NCBI GenBank assembly: GCA_000320545.1
Contig: ADNK01001820.1
Coordinates: 91,630 to 155,629 of the forward strand
DNA length: 64,000 nt
From: Bigelowiella natans CCMP2755
Lineage: Eukaryota; Protista; Cercozoa
Direction: 5' to 3'
The translations under genes were made by a program, and so were the position numbers. Shown one piece after another: positions 22,650-38,016 of this stretch (its first letter is position 1; the number at the start of each line of letters is the position of its first letter). The notes below the pieces were generated by a model. That model had not been told where the DNA came from. It did no database searches and saw only the letters and a program-made list of their open reading frames with translations.

Positions 22650-25413
22650 ATGCGTTCGGACGATGTGCAGAAAGCGATGAGCGGTACGTGATAGAGGAAT
22701 AAGTCAACGCAACCTCTCCTCCCTTCCTCCAGCCCCCCCCCCCTTATTTGAACACACCGAAGAATGATGTATGACCATCTTGTTCCACTTATTCATCTTA
22801 CAAGATAAATATTTAGAAGGAGGAGGAGGAGGAGGAGGAGGAGGAGGAGAATACAAGTTGCAGCCCATCTCCGATAGATTCGGCTGCTACGTGTCTGGGA
22901 TTCAGCTGCGGGAGGCAGCCGGGTGATGATGAGTGATGATGAATGATGATGGATGATGATGACGATGACAACGAGTTTTGGAAGGCGTACCCTCTTTGCA
23001 TTATATATTTTAATTAGTCGGTGTATGGCGGTTAGGAATGATCGACTGATGTCCAAGATCGAGGCTGACTTGGCCGAGCATAGAATCCTTCTTTTCCGAG
23101 GTGTATTTAGAGGAACGAGAAAAATATAGCTATTATTTCTGCTACCTATACTTTTTGCCGACGACTACTATTTCTTCTCCTTCTTCCTCTTCCTCTTCTT
23201 CTTCTTTTCTATTGTCACTTCTACTACCATTACCACTGCTACTACTACTATTACTACTGCTACTATAATAAACCACTATATCCCCACTTGCTTTTCATCC
23301 TTTAAGGACAAGGAAAGCTCTCTGCAGAGATTCAGATTAAGATCAGTGAGCACTTTGGTACAGTACAATCTACATTCTATAAGCATCCAAAGTCGCCGCA
23401 CAAAGACATTTTCCGCGTATCGAATGATGAGAACGAGGGTTGCACACGGTAGGTGGAGTTTCGACCTCTTTTCTGTTATTTTTTTTGAAATTATCAGACA
23501 TGGAGAATATGACTCAGATTCGCATAGAAAATAAATATGTAAATATATCTTCTTTGTATATTGCATTTATATTTTTCTTTTATAATAATTCTGTTGTAGG
23601 GTGGGAAGATCAGGATGGCATATTGATGGCACGTTTCTCCAGCGGCCTTTCGCGGTGCAGGTGATAGTTCAAGGGGGGGGAGAGAGAGTAAGGGTAATTT
23701 GGTATGATGTTCAAGGATTGATAATCAACAAGATAATGCCTACCACAGACGATGCACTTCTGGTCAGCGAATGCTTCTGGTTCTACGCTTTTCTGGTGAT
23801 GTCAGTTCGCTGTATGTAGACCGTCGTGTACAGTGGCAATTGCAGCGAAATGCATGCAGCAAAAACAGTCTTAACACTGGACAATTATGATTTCCAATGG
23901 AAATTTCTGCGATTTTTGACTTTCGGTCACATCTGTAAGAAAATTCAGCGTCCTTTTTTGTTCAATAACGTTTCACGATTTTCGCTTACTCTGCTGGATA
24001 ATCAACCCGTTATTATTCCCATACTTGCCTGTCGAACTCTTATCGCCGTCAGTCCACTAAATGAGATTGTCGAGACGCTTGATTCGAAGGAACGTCAGGA
24101 GTGGGATCGGCTATTCTTCGTCGGCGACAGCTCCGTTCACCCCCTGATGTACCCGCATCCAAAGACGGGCAAACAAACTCTTTGCTTTCACCTTGGAGGG
24201 CCGTTTTTCCGGGTGTGTAAGAATAAGAAAGGAGTTGGATCCGGGATGTCGTTGCATGGTTATTTTGTTATATTCATAGAGTTTGTTTGCGGTTGAAAGC
24301 AAGCTGGAGAATATTTGTTGCTGGATACACAAAATGCATAAAATTATCATAATAACATTATCTTCGTTTTTATCGTCGTCATGACCGTGGTCATGTAAGT
24401 ATCACCAGAAGCACTACCACCTTAATGATCATCAGATGCACAGAGACTGTAATGTGTTGCTATCACAGGGTTTCGCACGAGATTCTGGCACTGAAGAATG
24501 CAGGGCAGATATCTTAGACCCTGAAGAGTCAAAGTAAACCAGCAACACGTATCAGTAGTAGTTGTAGTAATAGTAATCATATTAGCAATAGTGGTCAGAG
24601 TTAATTATCGATGATGGTTGGAGCACCCGTAGTGCGGCGAGTAGTAGGTTCCGAATCATATGTCTACGATATGCTACCGACTGCAAACAATATCCCTCTA
24701 GATGTATAAAGGAACGACTCCTGAAGCTGCTCGAAGACCCCAAAAGGAACATTTCTATCCAGTGGAAAACGGGAGATTTTGCTATTCTTGACAACTTAGC
24801 GGTATGTTTATCAAAATTTGGCGATGCCTTTTACTTAATGACTGCTTACTTATCTCTCTTATTTCTTATGAGACTGATCACGCACCAAAAATTCATTATG
24901 CTTTTGATTGATGATACTCCAGGTTGCCCATTTTGCATCTCCGGGTACCCAGGTCATCATAATATAGTAAAAGTAGTAGAGAAATAAATCTATGTTAGAT
25001 TCATAGTGAGCGAAAATACCGATAATTTTGGTCTGCAATACGGGAATGATCAGTATTGCTATACCCGTCATGCGGGAAAAAATCATCGGTATACGGTACC
25101 GTCATGATTTCTAGAAATTTACTCCCTTATGTAGATCAGTGTTTTGCGTACAATTTTTTAAAATTTAAAAAACAAATGGTTTTGCTAAAATGTTATCTTT
25201 CATCCCAGGACTCTCGCAAGAAAAGCGGCTTAAGAATATTGCATCGGTTGTATGACTATCGGAAAAATGATCCAACGTTTCGCCGAAATTCTATCTTGCC
25301 ATTTGTTATTCGCTAATAGTCTCTGACATTTTGCCTGCTTATGATCGATCAGAACAACTGTTGCAGGAAAAACATCACCACTAGACCTAAAAACAAAGAA
25401 GGCAAAGGAATAA
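22650..25413 (+). CDS. TauD/TfdA-family Fe(II)/2-oxoglutarate dioxygenase, multi-exon
   Basis: Spliced exons: PISDRFGCYVSGIQL, LAEHRILLFRG, GWHIDGTF (HxD), HPLMYPHPKTGKQTL, WKTGDFAILDNLAVAH (distal His), RILHRTTV. Stop at 25411-25413. The start is uncertain. Confidence 0.88.
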
Positions 25414-25666
25414 GACTCGATAGGAAGTATGAATAGGACACAATGAGTTCGAGAGGAGTTGTGGTTGTTATCGTAGGCTTTTGAAGTCCTCGCTTATTAG
25501 AAAAGAAGTTACTTATTTGCCCAACCTGCGTAGTAAGAGTAATAATCTAATTGAAGCACAGTGTACATTGTTTATTTACTAACATGCACCGACAACGATT
25601 TCTGTATCTTGAAGGAAACATGCATTAAGCCACGAGGATTCGTATGTTTATTCTTACGCAACATAC

Positions 25667-25710
<44 letters not shown>

Positions 25711-26254
25711 GCTGCATGAGCAACAAACGTGCACGTATGCAATTTAGCATCAGGCGCGATAATGCCATATCGAATCAGCACTATCATGATCGCGTGTGGT
25801 TATCACTCATTCCCATCAAGCCCCAAAAAATTGTCTGCAGCATCGAACATGCATGTTCGCAAGCTTTTCGGGTGGAATAAATCAGGCACTAAGATGCATG
25901 CACGGTACATGTATATCTACTTGACATGCGGCGATAATAAATCTGTGATGACATCAACTAAGGATAAAACAAGTAAGAGTGCAGCCGACCAAAAAGAGCC
26001 AAGAAACAATGCGATGCATGAAGTGACTCGGTTGGGTGGGGAGGAGGGGACTTAGTTCACTTGCTCATCCTGAGAAATGATGACTAAAATGTTGTGGTCA
26101 TCTCGGGTGAAGATCTCATAACACTATCTTAAATACCATGGATTGAAAAATATGGAGATTTATTCAACAGTTGTTATGAACTTAAAAATGACAACAGAGC
26201 CAAACACTATATGAATAGCTGTTGGGCATCCAGGGATGTGTTTGATTTTTAGCA

Positions 26255-26323
26255 AAAAGGACGATCTGTAAATATCATACTTCCCATAAAAGGACGATCT
26301 GTAAAATTATACTTCCCATAAAA
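26255..26323. repeat. Short (~32-33 bp) imperfect tandem duplication
   Basis: aaaaggacgatctgtaaa...atacttcccataaaa occurs twice. Confidence 0.75.
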
Positions 26324-27036
26324 AATCTACAGAGTATCTGTAACAAGGGTTCTCTTTCTGGAGCACAACTTTAGGAGGTATAAGAGACAGCAGAGAGATG
26401 GAGGCAAGTGCGGCAGGCAGATAAAATCTCCTTCTTTCAGAACCAAGTAACGGAGGAGCACCGCTACAAGAAATAGGGATAGCTCGAGAAGGGTGGAGAG
26501 ATCCGAAATTTAGTCTCAGCTTGTCACGAAATGAAGTATTGGAACTGAAAGAGTGCGTGCCCCAATGCATTGTCTTCTTAGAGCGGCATGTCGGAAGCAG
26601 GAAAAATTAAACTACAATGTCAGATGCCCACCATGTTGTGTTGAGGAAGAATTGAAATTATGGGAAGGCTTGTTTCCATGAATCCCATCGGAAGTAGCGT
26701 GGAGTAGCGAGGTCTTCATCGCAGTCTTGAATGGGTTGTGAGGCAACGATGTGAAACAAAAAAGTACGAGGTTCCAATTCTTCACATTTATTAAAGTCTA
26801 CTTGTTTTCTGCGTATGTTCCAGGTGATTCTAAAGCAACGACAACATCAACTCGAACAACACGTAACTGGGAATCGCCAGGTGTTCCTGTACCCCTTCTC
26901 GTCCCGGTTTCGGGAAAAAAGGTTAGTAGTCCATGTTGATTTAGTAAGAAATCCCCTGTATTTATTCCTTGCGACATTTCTCGAAGTGCGAATCACGAGC
27001 TACTGAACAAGAGGCTCTCCTCGCCGTTGCCTGCCC

Positions 27037-28835
27037 ATGGGGGTTCAGGGCTTGTGGAAGCTGGTCAAGGCGGTTGGCCGGCGTATCCCACCATCCCACC
27101 TCTGTGACAAGAAGCTCGCCGTCGATGTTAGCATTTGGCTGACCCAGTTTGTGAAGGCGATGCGTGACAATGAGGTATGCATGAATTGATATATGGAAGA
27201 CGGACGACAGGACGACGGGACGATGACAATTTCACAAGTTGGCTGATCAGTTGTGAAGAAATCATTGCCCACATATTCAATGCATCCATTTATTGAATGA
27301 TAAAAATCTGTCATCCTTGCATTTATTGCATTGCTCCCTTCTTCTGTTCTATAGGGAAACATGCTAAAGAACGCTCACCTGCTCGGCGTGTTTCGGCGAA
27401 TCTGCAAGTTGCTGTTTTACCGTATCAAACCCGTCTTTGTGTTCGACGGTCCTGCTCCCATGCTCAAGCGTCTCACAATCACCCAAAGGGCAAAAGTGAA
27501 GAGAAAGGCTCGTTCCACCCTCCGCAGCACGGCGGAGCGATTGCTCATCAACCAGATGAAACTGCAGAGTCTGATGAAGCTCAGGGAAGGAAATACAAAG
27601 GAAAAGAAGGCAGCTAATAACAATGTGAATGGCAACAATAACGACCATGATGATAAAGGAAACACACAAGAGGCGGCTTCGGTGGTTACAGAAGCGAAGA
27701 AGAGCACGAAAGACGGCGCTTACGGCGTGATAGAGTTTGCCCTCTCTAATACCAGCAACTCAATTCTTTCCACTACTTCTAATGATCCTGCTACTACTGC
27801 CATCACTACTGGTAGCGAAGCTATCTCCGAGAAAAAACGTTGGAGCTGCTCGGTGTGCACGCTACTTAATGAGCAGAACGTTGCTATTTGCGAGGCGTGC
27901 GGCATTGGGGAAAGGCAACCGCAGCATCAGCAAAGACGACAAGGTTTATTCTAAAGTAACAGCTATGTAGAGGATAGTGATGGTGATGATGATGATGATG
28001 ATGATGATAGTAATGCATAATATATTTTCAAAGCACCACCTTATAAAATGCTGATTGGGTCTGCGAGCAGGTCAGACAGATACAGTGGTGGATCTCGCAG
28101 GGGGGGATGATGATGAGACACACCGTATTGATGAAACTGACCATGGTGATGATGATGAAGACGGAGAAGATGTCGATGAGAAAATCAAGGATCCTGACTA
28201 CGAGGTTGCAACGACAACGACAATGACGATGAAAATAATATGATGTAGTGACAACCCGAACAGATGCACGTTATTTCCTTCTTAGGAGGAGCTGAACGAG
28301 GACCTTGAGTGCGAGCTCGCAGATGACGAGGAAAGGAAAAAAAATGGACAAGAAAGGGATAACAACTGGAAACGTGAGAAACGAAAGAGAGCTCGCGGAA
28401 AGGGGGGACGCTGGACTGATGAAAGAAAAGGGAAAGGCAAGAAAAGTAAGCATGGAACTCCCGGGCGACGGCAGCTACGACGAGGCCTTCGTCGCGGAGA
28501 TGCGATGTATGGGAATGTATATATTCCAGATGTAAGCAGAGTGAAGGCGGAGGTAGAAAAAGCAATTATTTGTAGTAGTCTGGTATAGGTGTGGTAGTTG
28601 TGATGGCTCGCTAGTCGGTCACTGAAATCGACGACATCAGGAAATCAAGCAATATTTACTGAACCAAGAATTAACTCCTACGCCATTTGCGAAGCCCCCC
28701 TCCCTCTTCCGTTACTCATTTCTTGCTCCCACCAGACTGTGGCTTCGCTACCCATGTCCATGCAGTATGACATCCTAAAGCAACGCGTAAGTAGATCTTA
28801 ATTTTGGATTATTATTGCACAGAGCTATTAACCAT

Positions 28836-28874
<39 letters not shown>

Positions 28875-31710
28875 ACAACACTTATAATCTTCAAAATGGA
28901 TTCGTAAATCGAGAGGAATCGGTTTGATATTACAACGAGAACCACATCCCACCACGCACGTACCCACGCGGACACACACTGTGATGACCTTTCTCTTGTT
29001 GATCCAGGTCTCTCATAACCGCGCACTCGACTCGAGGAACTTCCTCAAAGCTTCCAAATCTGCGATCAACTTCTCCTCTTTCCAGCTGCGAAGTAAAATA
29101 AGAGAGGAAAAGAAAAAAAGAAGAGGATGAAGAGAGAGGAGGGAGTTGTGATGATGAGAATGTGCACGACCAAATACCTCCTCCTAACTTCTACATCCTC
29201 GTCCACTTCCTTCTTCTCCACTGCCTCACTCTCCCAAGGTTTTCTAAGAAACTCAAAGTTCAATCAAAACGTCAAAGCCGTGCGGGAGGCGGCAGCAGGT
29301 GCTGATTATGTTGGCGACGACATTCTGTAGATGGAAGAGTTGAATCAGTACTTTGAGAATAACGTGCTGAAATTTGTTGCTGTACATGTAATTCGGAAGG
29401 AGTGGGGAGTCGTATAATATCATTGTGTGTATAAGTATCTATGTGCTGCAGAGCTACTACTACCTTTGAGTAATCAGCTGTTATTGATTCCGCACTACAA
29501 CGAACACACAGGAACCAAGAAGCCTGCTTTAATGGTGCAGTCAGAAGGTAATTATTAAGATGATGTCCTGTTGCTGGTGCAGCAGCAACCTGCCTTCCTA
29601 TCATTGTCACCATCATGATCTATGATGGTGATGGTGATGATGGTGCTCTCTCTTCGTTTATCGAATGGTCACTCACAGTGTGAGTATGTAGTAGTAGTAG
29701 TAGTAGCAGTGGTGGTGGTGGTGAATCCATCTTTATGAAAGCACTACAACTTATGCAATCGACGTAGGAGCACGTACTTTCCGATTTAACCGAAAACATG
29801 ACGACGACAACAAGGATGAGGAGACTTCCATGCAAATGCATAAAAAGTCTGTCTCTCACACTCAACTTGGTCAATTACGGCCTCTAGCGACGAATCCAGT
29901 GGTGAAGACAAGTAGCACTAGCACTAGCAGCCACATTATTGTCTTCTCTGACAGGTAGATGATGATGCTGCTCAAACTCACACGATAGCAGGCAGTCACT
30001 GATGGTGATAATGATGATGATGAAAGCATGTTCTACTTAGCACTGGATTATGTAATTACAAGTTTAGATGTACACAAATATCATATGCGTAGGCAGTGTA
30101 GCATGCGTATTAGTAATTGTGTGATGCATACATGTCCTTCCATTAGCTCCGAGGAAGAGGTCAAAGGGACCTCAGTACCGAAAGCGGAGGAGAAGAGGAA
30201 TCAACAGCAGCAGTCTCACAAGACGACGACGATGACGACAGACAACACAGTCATCGTTTTCTCAGATAGCAGCAGCTGTAAGGATAGTGACGACGACGAC
30301 GATGATGACTGGTTTAAGAACGATGATGTCGACGAAGACGAAGACGATGCCCAAAATGCGATGATAGCTTTGCCTACACTCGATTTACCGGATGATCTCT
30401 CGCCTCCCCGTATGTCGTCCTCTCTCAGAGAAGCAAAGCTTTCGCAAGCGGTAAAGAATATTGTAATCATATGTTTTGGCTTCCTTGATGTCTTCTCCTT
30501 CGTTTCTGTTCTGTTTTACTCTTCTTTCTTGAGTGCTGCTGCTGCACGAGATGATTCCACGCTCATTCACACGTTAGGAAGGAGCAGCTGACCATCATTC
30601 TTCAATCATCAATGATATTTACATTTCTCTCTTTCTTTTTGCCTTTGTTATATTCCTTACGATCACAGGATACTACGCCCTCCTCCCACCTGCGGCGAAG
30701 AAATAAAAGGAGGAGGAAAAGATCTAGTAGTGACAAGGCAGTGTCCTCCGGAGGAGGAGAGCAACATGGATGGAAATGTATCTTCTTTCCCTTCTGCTTT
30801 TCTCTCTTCATGGATAATTATGAGTAGTAGTTGCGACGATCCCTTAGCCAACATTCCTACCTCTACTACCACTCCTGCTACTACTACTACTACTACTACC
30901 ACGTGCCGCATTAATTATATTCCCATGAAATATAGCCTACAAATCTACACAATACACTAATATTAACTTTTCGTCTTCGTCTGTTGGGCCCTCTCTGGTG
31001 AGTAATATGGAAGGAAAACAATTTCTTCCATTTCTATATAGTTTCCAGCCCCGGTTTGATTGATCCATCATCCGAGGCTCTGCATGAAGACGCACCTTGC
31101 CATATTTCATCTTTCGATTAAATAAACATAACAAATATCCTCTACCTGAAAGGCGGGTCATGCGGTACGTTTAACTCCCTCAAGACTAAGTTCAAGCTGT
31201 GGCAAATGAACTACTGCATCCAATGCAAGGTGTAATCACCATCATCATCATCATCATCATCATCATCATGTGTCCTACACATGCAGCATGTTATATAATA
31301 TTGACACTATCCGTCAACAGAGTTGCTGGTGGGACATCATGATTTTGCTGTGGCGTCTATATGATCATCCCAGTTCATTTCTGAAATTGCTAATGATGTT
31401 TGCACTCAGTTATAGTTTCTACCCTCTCCTCCTTCTCCTCCTCCTCTTAACTCTGTGGTTTCTCCATCGTAGGCCCGACGCTCTACGAGCGCAACTATGA
31501 TCACTGCTGATGTTGCTGTAACAGAAACGAAAATAAGAAGCTCCTCCTCCACATCATCGTCAAATATGTTAGGGGAAGGAGGAGAAAAAAGCAGTTGGCT
31601 ATGTTTGCGCTGTACATATATGAACACCGGTGACAAAGGGGCATGCGCTGTGTGTGGCTCTGAGAAGAAGATCGGCCAGACGCACATTGTTACAGAAGGA
31701 GGTTCAACCG

Positions 31711-31747
<37 letters not shown>

Positions 31748-32936
31748 TGTGATTGTGAACGTCTCATCAGCACACCAGCATTTGCCCGGAAAGACATCAA
31801 TGCATGATAAATATTATCAGCACTTTTAGAAATTCTGACGCTACTGAAATTGATGACGACTATACCCCTTATTGTTTTCAATTTCGCGAACCAATTTAAT
31901 ACTACGCGTATTATTATTTTTTACACACAATACTACAGCATAATAATTTATGCTTAACTTTTCCTTTTTATTTTGCAGGCTTACCCATTCCAAAAGCGAC
32001 ATCGGCCCCTGCAACAGCTGTGGCATCCACAGCAAGAACTGAGGAAGATACCACTGCTACTACCAATGATATTCCCATTAACAAGAATAATGATGACAAT
32101 GTAATCGACAGCACCACGGCGCCAACGACGAAGAAGGAGTGCAGTGATTGCAAGACACTGAATGAAGCAGAAAATAATTTTTGCTTCCTGTGCGGCTGTA
32201 GCAGCCTATCTCTTGTTTCTTCTTCTTTCTCAGTCGCATCTCCACTTGCAAATATGAGCAAGCATACTATGGTGATTGATGAAGCTCATGACCAAGACGA
32301 AGTAGGTGGAATGGACGAAGAAGGAAGGAGAGAAGATAAACAAATGCCGGCATCTCCGCAATCAGACGCTTCATCATCATCATCATCATCGTCATCGTCT
32401 TCGCCATCGTCATCATCAATTCCGATTCAACATCACATGGCAAAGTCAACAACCACCGGCTCTAATGTGCAGGCCTATTCTTCAAAGGATGGGAAGATGC
32501 TGGGAGAGCTACATGACGATGACAACAACGATAACGATGATATCGATGATAAACCTGCCCAGCAAACTGATAATAAGACAAATGACAATAGCAATAATAG
32601 TTCTTTGCAAGTAAACAGCATCGTTGCAGTGGAGAAGGACGAAGACAGGACGAAATTTTCTCGTGATATTACAGCTGCTGCAACAACAACGGAAGATACA
32701 GCAACTGCTTGTGCTGGAGCGGCTGGCAGCAGCGGGAGCAGCAGCAGAATTTACAACGATGGAAGAGTCTCTCAGTCGTCTGAACAGCCGAATCTCCTTC
32801 CTCTTTTTCCTCCTGCATACTCCAAATATCAGGTCACAGATACTGAAGTGATGATGATGATGATGATGATGATTGATGATGATTGATGATGAAGGTGATT
32901 CGAATCATCTGTCCTTTTTTTATCATGCTGATTGCA

Positions 32937-33010
<74 letters not shown>

Positions 33011-33330
33011 AGTTCCTCCTGCCGGTGTTGCTATATGTTGTTGCCGCAACAAAAACAACAACAGTTACTACCACTACCACTATACTACAGGTGCTGATAA
33101 AAAATGGGGATGTCGTTCTCGGGTGGTGCGATATCGATGAAATATCCGAGGAAGCAAGGCAGGAGAAGGAGCCGACTAATCAGCAACAAGAAATTAGGAA
33201 TAATGATCCTGCTACTACTACTACTACTACTACTCGCACTACCATGAACATGATAAAGATGAAGAAGACGAAGACTTTCCGCATCCTAGTGGCGAATACA
33301 AAATTCGCAATGAAGGTGGGTTTAATGATG

Positions 33331-33361
<31 letters not shown>

Positions 33362-33657
33362 AAGATCATATCATTGCGCAAGAAGATGATGGCTGATTGA
33401 ATTCTTACTTTGTCTGCTTTGCTGATGTTGAGTAGTTTGGAATTGCGGGTAAGGAGGCTCAGGGAGTGCCTCAGGAGCAGATTCGGCTTGTTAAAGTTGG
33501 AAAAACAGAAATGGATGATGGTGAGGAGGAGGATAATGAAGATGATGCAGATAATTCTGAAAGTTCATCACAAGTAAACAACAGTGATAACACCAGTGAG
33601 CGCGAGAAGAAGGTAGATGAGCAAAGGGAGGAGGAGGAGGAGGAGGAGGAGGAGGAG

Positions 33658-33689
<32 letters not shown>

Positions 33690-34638
33690 GGAAGAGGACA
33701 AAGTTAGCGAAGATGAAAACAAAGGGGAGATTGAGGGGGATGAGCTGAAAGAACCAAATGGTGGTGATGATGAAGACGTCAACGCTACGACATTATCATC
33801 ATCATCAATAATGGCAAAGGGGGAAAGGGAAAACATGGTGGTTGAGCATACGAAAAAAGCTCCGGGACAGCAAAGTGGCAGACCCAGCACTGCTTCGGAT
33901 CAGGGAAAAGTCGAGGAAGGATGTGGTGAAAAATCAGCTGCCAAGAACCTAGAATTTGTGTCAGGAATAGCCTCCAATGCTAAGACAGAGTTTCAGATTC
34001 TAATAAAGGGTGGTGATGGGAAGATTCTTGGTTGGTGTGACCTCGATGAATGCGATGAAGAGGAGGAGGAGGAGGAGGATCAAGAGGAACAACTACAACA
34101 GAAGAACAACAAGAACCACAAGAATAAGAACGGAGAAGATGAAGAGGATGAGAACAACGAAAACAACCATGCCTCCCGTCTCTACACTGTTACCGTCGCA
34201 AGATCACCGCTTGCCATTAGAGTAATGATGTATGTATGTATGTATGTATGTATGCATGTATGTGAGTGCGTATCACTCGTTGGTCTGCATTAAGATTTCG
34301 TTTGTAGATTAAAATTGTTGTAATTATGTGGTTCATGTCCTCCCCCCCCCCTTTGTATGACGCACCCAGCATGGAATAGCCGGAAAGATCGCGTCGGGAA
34401 TTCCGCCAGAATTTATTCGCAGATTACCCTCGAAAAAGCGAAAATCCTCACAAATGACAGCCTCCAAGGACGACACTCTTTACAAACCTCATAGGGGAAA
34501 GAGTACTGTCAACGTCAAGCAGCAGCAGCAACAACAACAACAAAAGCAGCCGCAGCAGCAGGGAGAGCGCTTTCATCTCGCTGATGATGAGATCGATATC
34601 GTGGATCTACTGCAAGGTCTTACGCAAAACTTTTGACA

Positions 34639-34670
<32 letters not shown>

Positions 34671-34932
34671 TTATCACTATCATCGTCATCGTAGCCAACC
34701 TTATCACTGCCTCTATCACCGTTAAACTGTTTCTTTTAGATGAGGAAGAGATGATCGACAGCAGCAATGCATATGAGCAAGAACTTCTGGAGCAGGTAGA
34801 AGAAAGCAGCTAATCGCAACAACATTGACTTCTGTCAGTCTATTCTTCCATTCTGAAAGGGGTTATTCAGTAGTAAAATAAAAGGAGGAAGTAGTCGGCT
34901 GCGAAGGAGTATTTTTGTTAACCGAACATACG

Positions 34933-34973
<41 letters not shown>

Positions 34974-35173
34974 CCAACCCCACTCTCATTACAGCTCATG
35001 AATTATCATTCAGGCAGAGTTAGAAGAGCAACGACGATTACAGAATGAGCAGGACAAACTTCACGAGGAAGTTTACGAGTAATAACAACACCGGCGATGA
35101 AATTAATAAGAGTAAGAGAGGGGATGCGAAATCAATATATATACAATGAACTCAAACGTTTATGTGAATATAA

Positions 35174-35209
<36 letters not shown>

Positions 35210-36418
35210 CCCATATGAAGGCGTTGGGTGGTATTATGAATTGCTGATGATGTAGTTACTACTTTTAATATACACAGACTAAATAAAGAGCGTAGAGCGC
35301 AGGAGGGAGTCGCAGCAAAAGTATGTCAAATTGTATCATGATTGTCCTCTCCATATCATGATCATGATCATCCAATTTTTCTCTCGTCTATTAGTGTCTA
35401 CATCTCCTCTCCCCCCCCCCCTCCTCCTCCCCTCCTCCATCTCATCATTCTCTTTATTTCTACCATCATCCCTTTGAAGGTGACGCCCCAGATGATAGAG
35501 GATGCTAAGCAGCTACTCACACTCTTCGGAATCCCGTAGACAAGCTTTGAGGAGGAAGGGGGGGGGGGGGGGGGGGGGAAGAAGGATTACAATGAACAAA
35601 ACTATTTTAGTCTGCTACATAGGGTGTAATCAATCAATCATAAATCAATTTATCCGAATCATCCAAGCATTCCATACGTTACTACTTCCTCCTTTTCTTC
35701 TTGACCTCACTGTTGAGGCATAGCATGGGTGAATGCTTAGATTTATCGTAATAGTCGCATGAAAATGATGATATTGAAGGTACATCGTTAGTCCCTCAGA
35801 GGCGGAGGCCCAGTGCGCGAAACTTGTAGAGTGCGGACTGGTAAGCTCGAAGTGTGGGGAGAGATCGTCGATGATACCACTCTATCACACACGCATGCTC
35901 ATATAGATGGCAATGTCAATGATTCTAAAGATCACAATGATGACAATGATGATGATGATGATGATGGTAAAACTTTAGATTATCTGTAGATCATACTACA
36001 GTCTTAAAACCGAAAGCGCACATGCACAGGTATGTCACTGACCTCTTCTTCTTCTTCTTCTTCTTCTTCTTCTTCTTCTTCGCAGGTGGATGGCATCTTA
36101 ACTGAAGACTCCGATACGTTTTTGTTCGGCGGAGATACTTTATACAAGAATGTCTTTGATTCCAAGCAATACGTCGAGAAGTAGTTGTAGTAGAAGCAAA
36201 TTTTTTTTCGTCGTTTATGTGTTGAAAAGGCACAAAAGAAGTATTCCACAATAAAGACAAATTACTGCAGCTCTTTCCACGTAGTTACTACTACAATTAC
36301 TACTACTACATGATGCTACTATATGTCTATCTATCTTCTTCTCTTAGGTACACTCTTATCGATATAAAGCAAGAGCTTGGATTGTCTCGAGAACAACTCA
36401 TCCATATTGCTCTAATGG

Positions 36419-36459
<41 letters not shown>

Positions 36460-37011
36460 GCAGTAAGCACGCACATATGATGCACACTACTACTGCTACT
36501 ACTACAACTACTACTACTATTACTATTACTACAACTAACACTTGTACAAACACCGAGTGGTCTGATTTTCAGGTTGGTTCAGATTACACAACAGGGGTGC
36601 ATGGCATAGGTTATATCATTAAGGACATTTACTCTAACGACAGTTACCACTACTACTACTACTACTACTACCACCCATGCAGTGGCCCGACACACAAATG
36701 CTGCTATCAAACACGAGGCTTTATGCTAGGAAGAAGAAGAGAATTGCTGACAACGACAATGAAGACGAAGACACATAAACACCAAAGAATAATTATAGTA
36801 AATTCGAACGTATCAGCACGACGATGCGCTGAAATTCATGATATAGTGATTTTGTGCTGGCTTGCATGGAACAACAGCGTGAATCCTAATGATATATATT
36901 TACATATATATATATATTTATTTATTTATTTATTTATGTGTCTGTGTGTGTGTGTAAGTGTATTTGTTTCTCTTCTTAATTTTGCTGGGCATATGTTGTT
37001 CTATCGTAACG

Positions 37012-37047
<36 letters not shown>

Positions 37048-37284
37048 TAGGAATAGTCAACGCTTTGGAGATCCTTGCAGCGTTTCCAGGACGAGGGGGA
37101 CTACAGGTGAGATGATCAGGGCAGTATATTTTTGGCTTGGAATTGACAGCACTGCTTTGGGAATCGTCCAATAAGCACATGTACACGTGAAGTGTTTGCG
37201 TTCTCTTTCGTGTTCAACAAATGGAGTGTATTTGGCGAAAACCTGCCGCTTCCGAAACCCTCTACTATACTCTTGTTTTAGCAT

Positions 37285-37347
<63 letters not shown>

Positions 37348-37973
37348 TGATTCAATAACACACACACATACACACACACGCACACACGCTGTCTCAGGAG
37401 TTTCGCAAGTGGGTGTACTCAAGAGAGGCAACACCTAAGCCAAGGAAATTGCAGGTTCTTGTTATAGCCTTTCCTGCTCGTCGTCAAACTGTGTGGGAAA
37501 AAAAATTAACAATAATAATAATGATAACATGTTATGAGTCATCCCTCATCCCTCCTGCCAGCGGGCTTTATCTTGTACTATACACACTTGTACTAACATG
37601 AGTCCATTGCCATGGATCTCTTACTTTAGGAACATGAAATTGATGACGTGAACAAGGTAATGATAATAATTAATATAAAGCATCCAGAATATTCCATTAT
37701 TCATGGTTGACATAGAATAATGTCGAAATAAGGGGCGGGGGGAGGGCGTTTGCATTAGAATCTGCATTTGTGAGTGCCTAGTGAAGGAGATGACGATGAT
37801 GGTGATGGGTGGCTATACTCATCATGCAGGTGCGAGAATATCGAAAGCGTTTGTTTAAGTACAAGCATCGGAAAATCAAAGGCTCCTGGGAGGTCGCCTA
37901 TATATTTTGTTTCTGCTGTCTCATCCCCTTCTATGATATCAATTTTGCCAACAACGAGTCAAAACGGTTTTCC

Positions 37974-38016
<43 letters not shown>

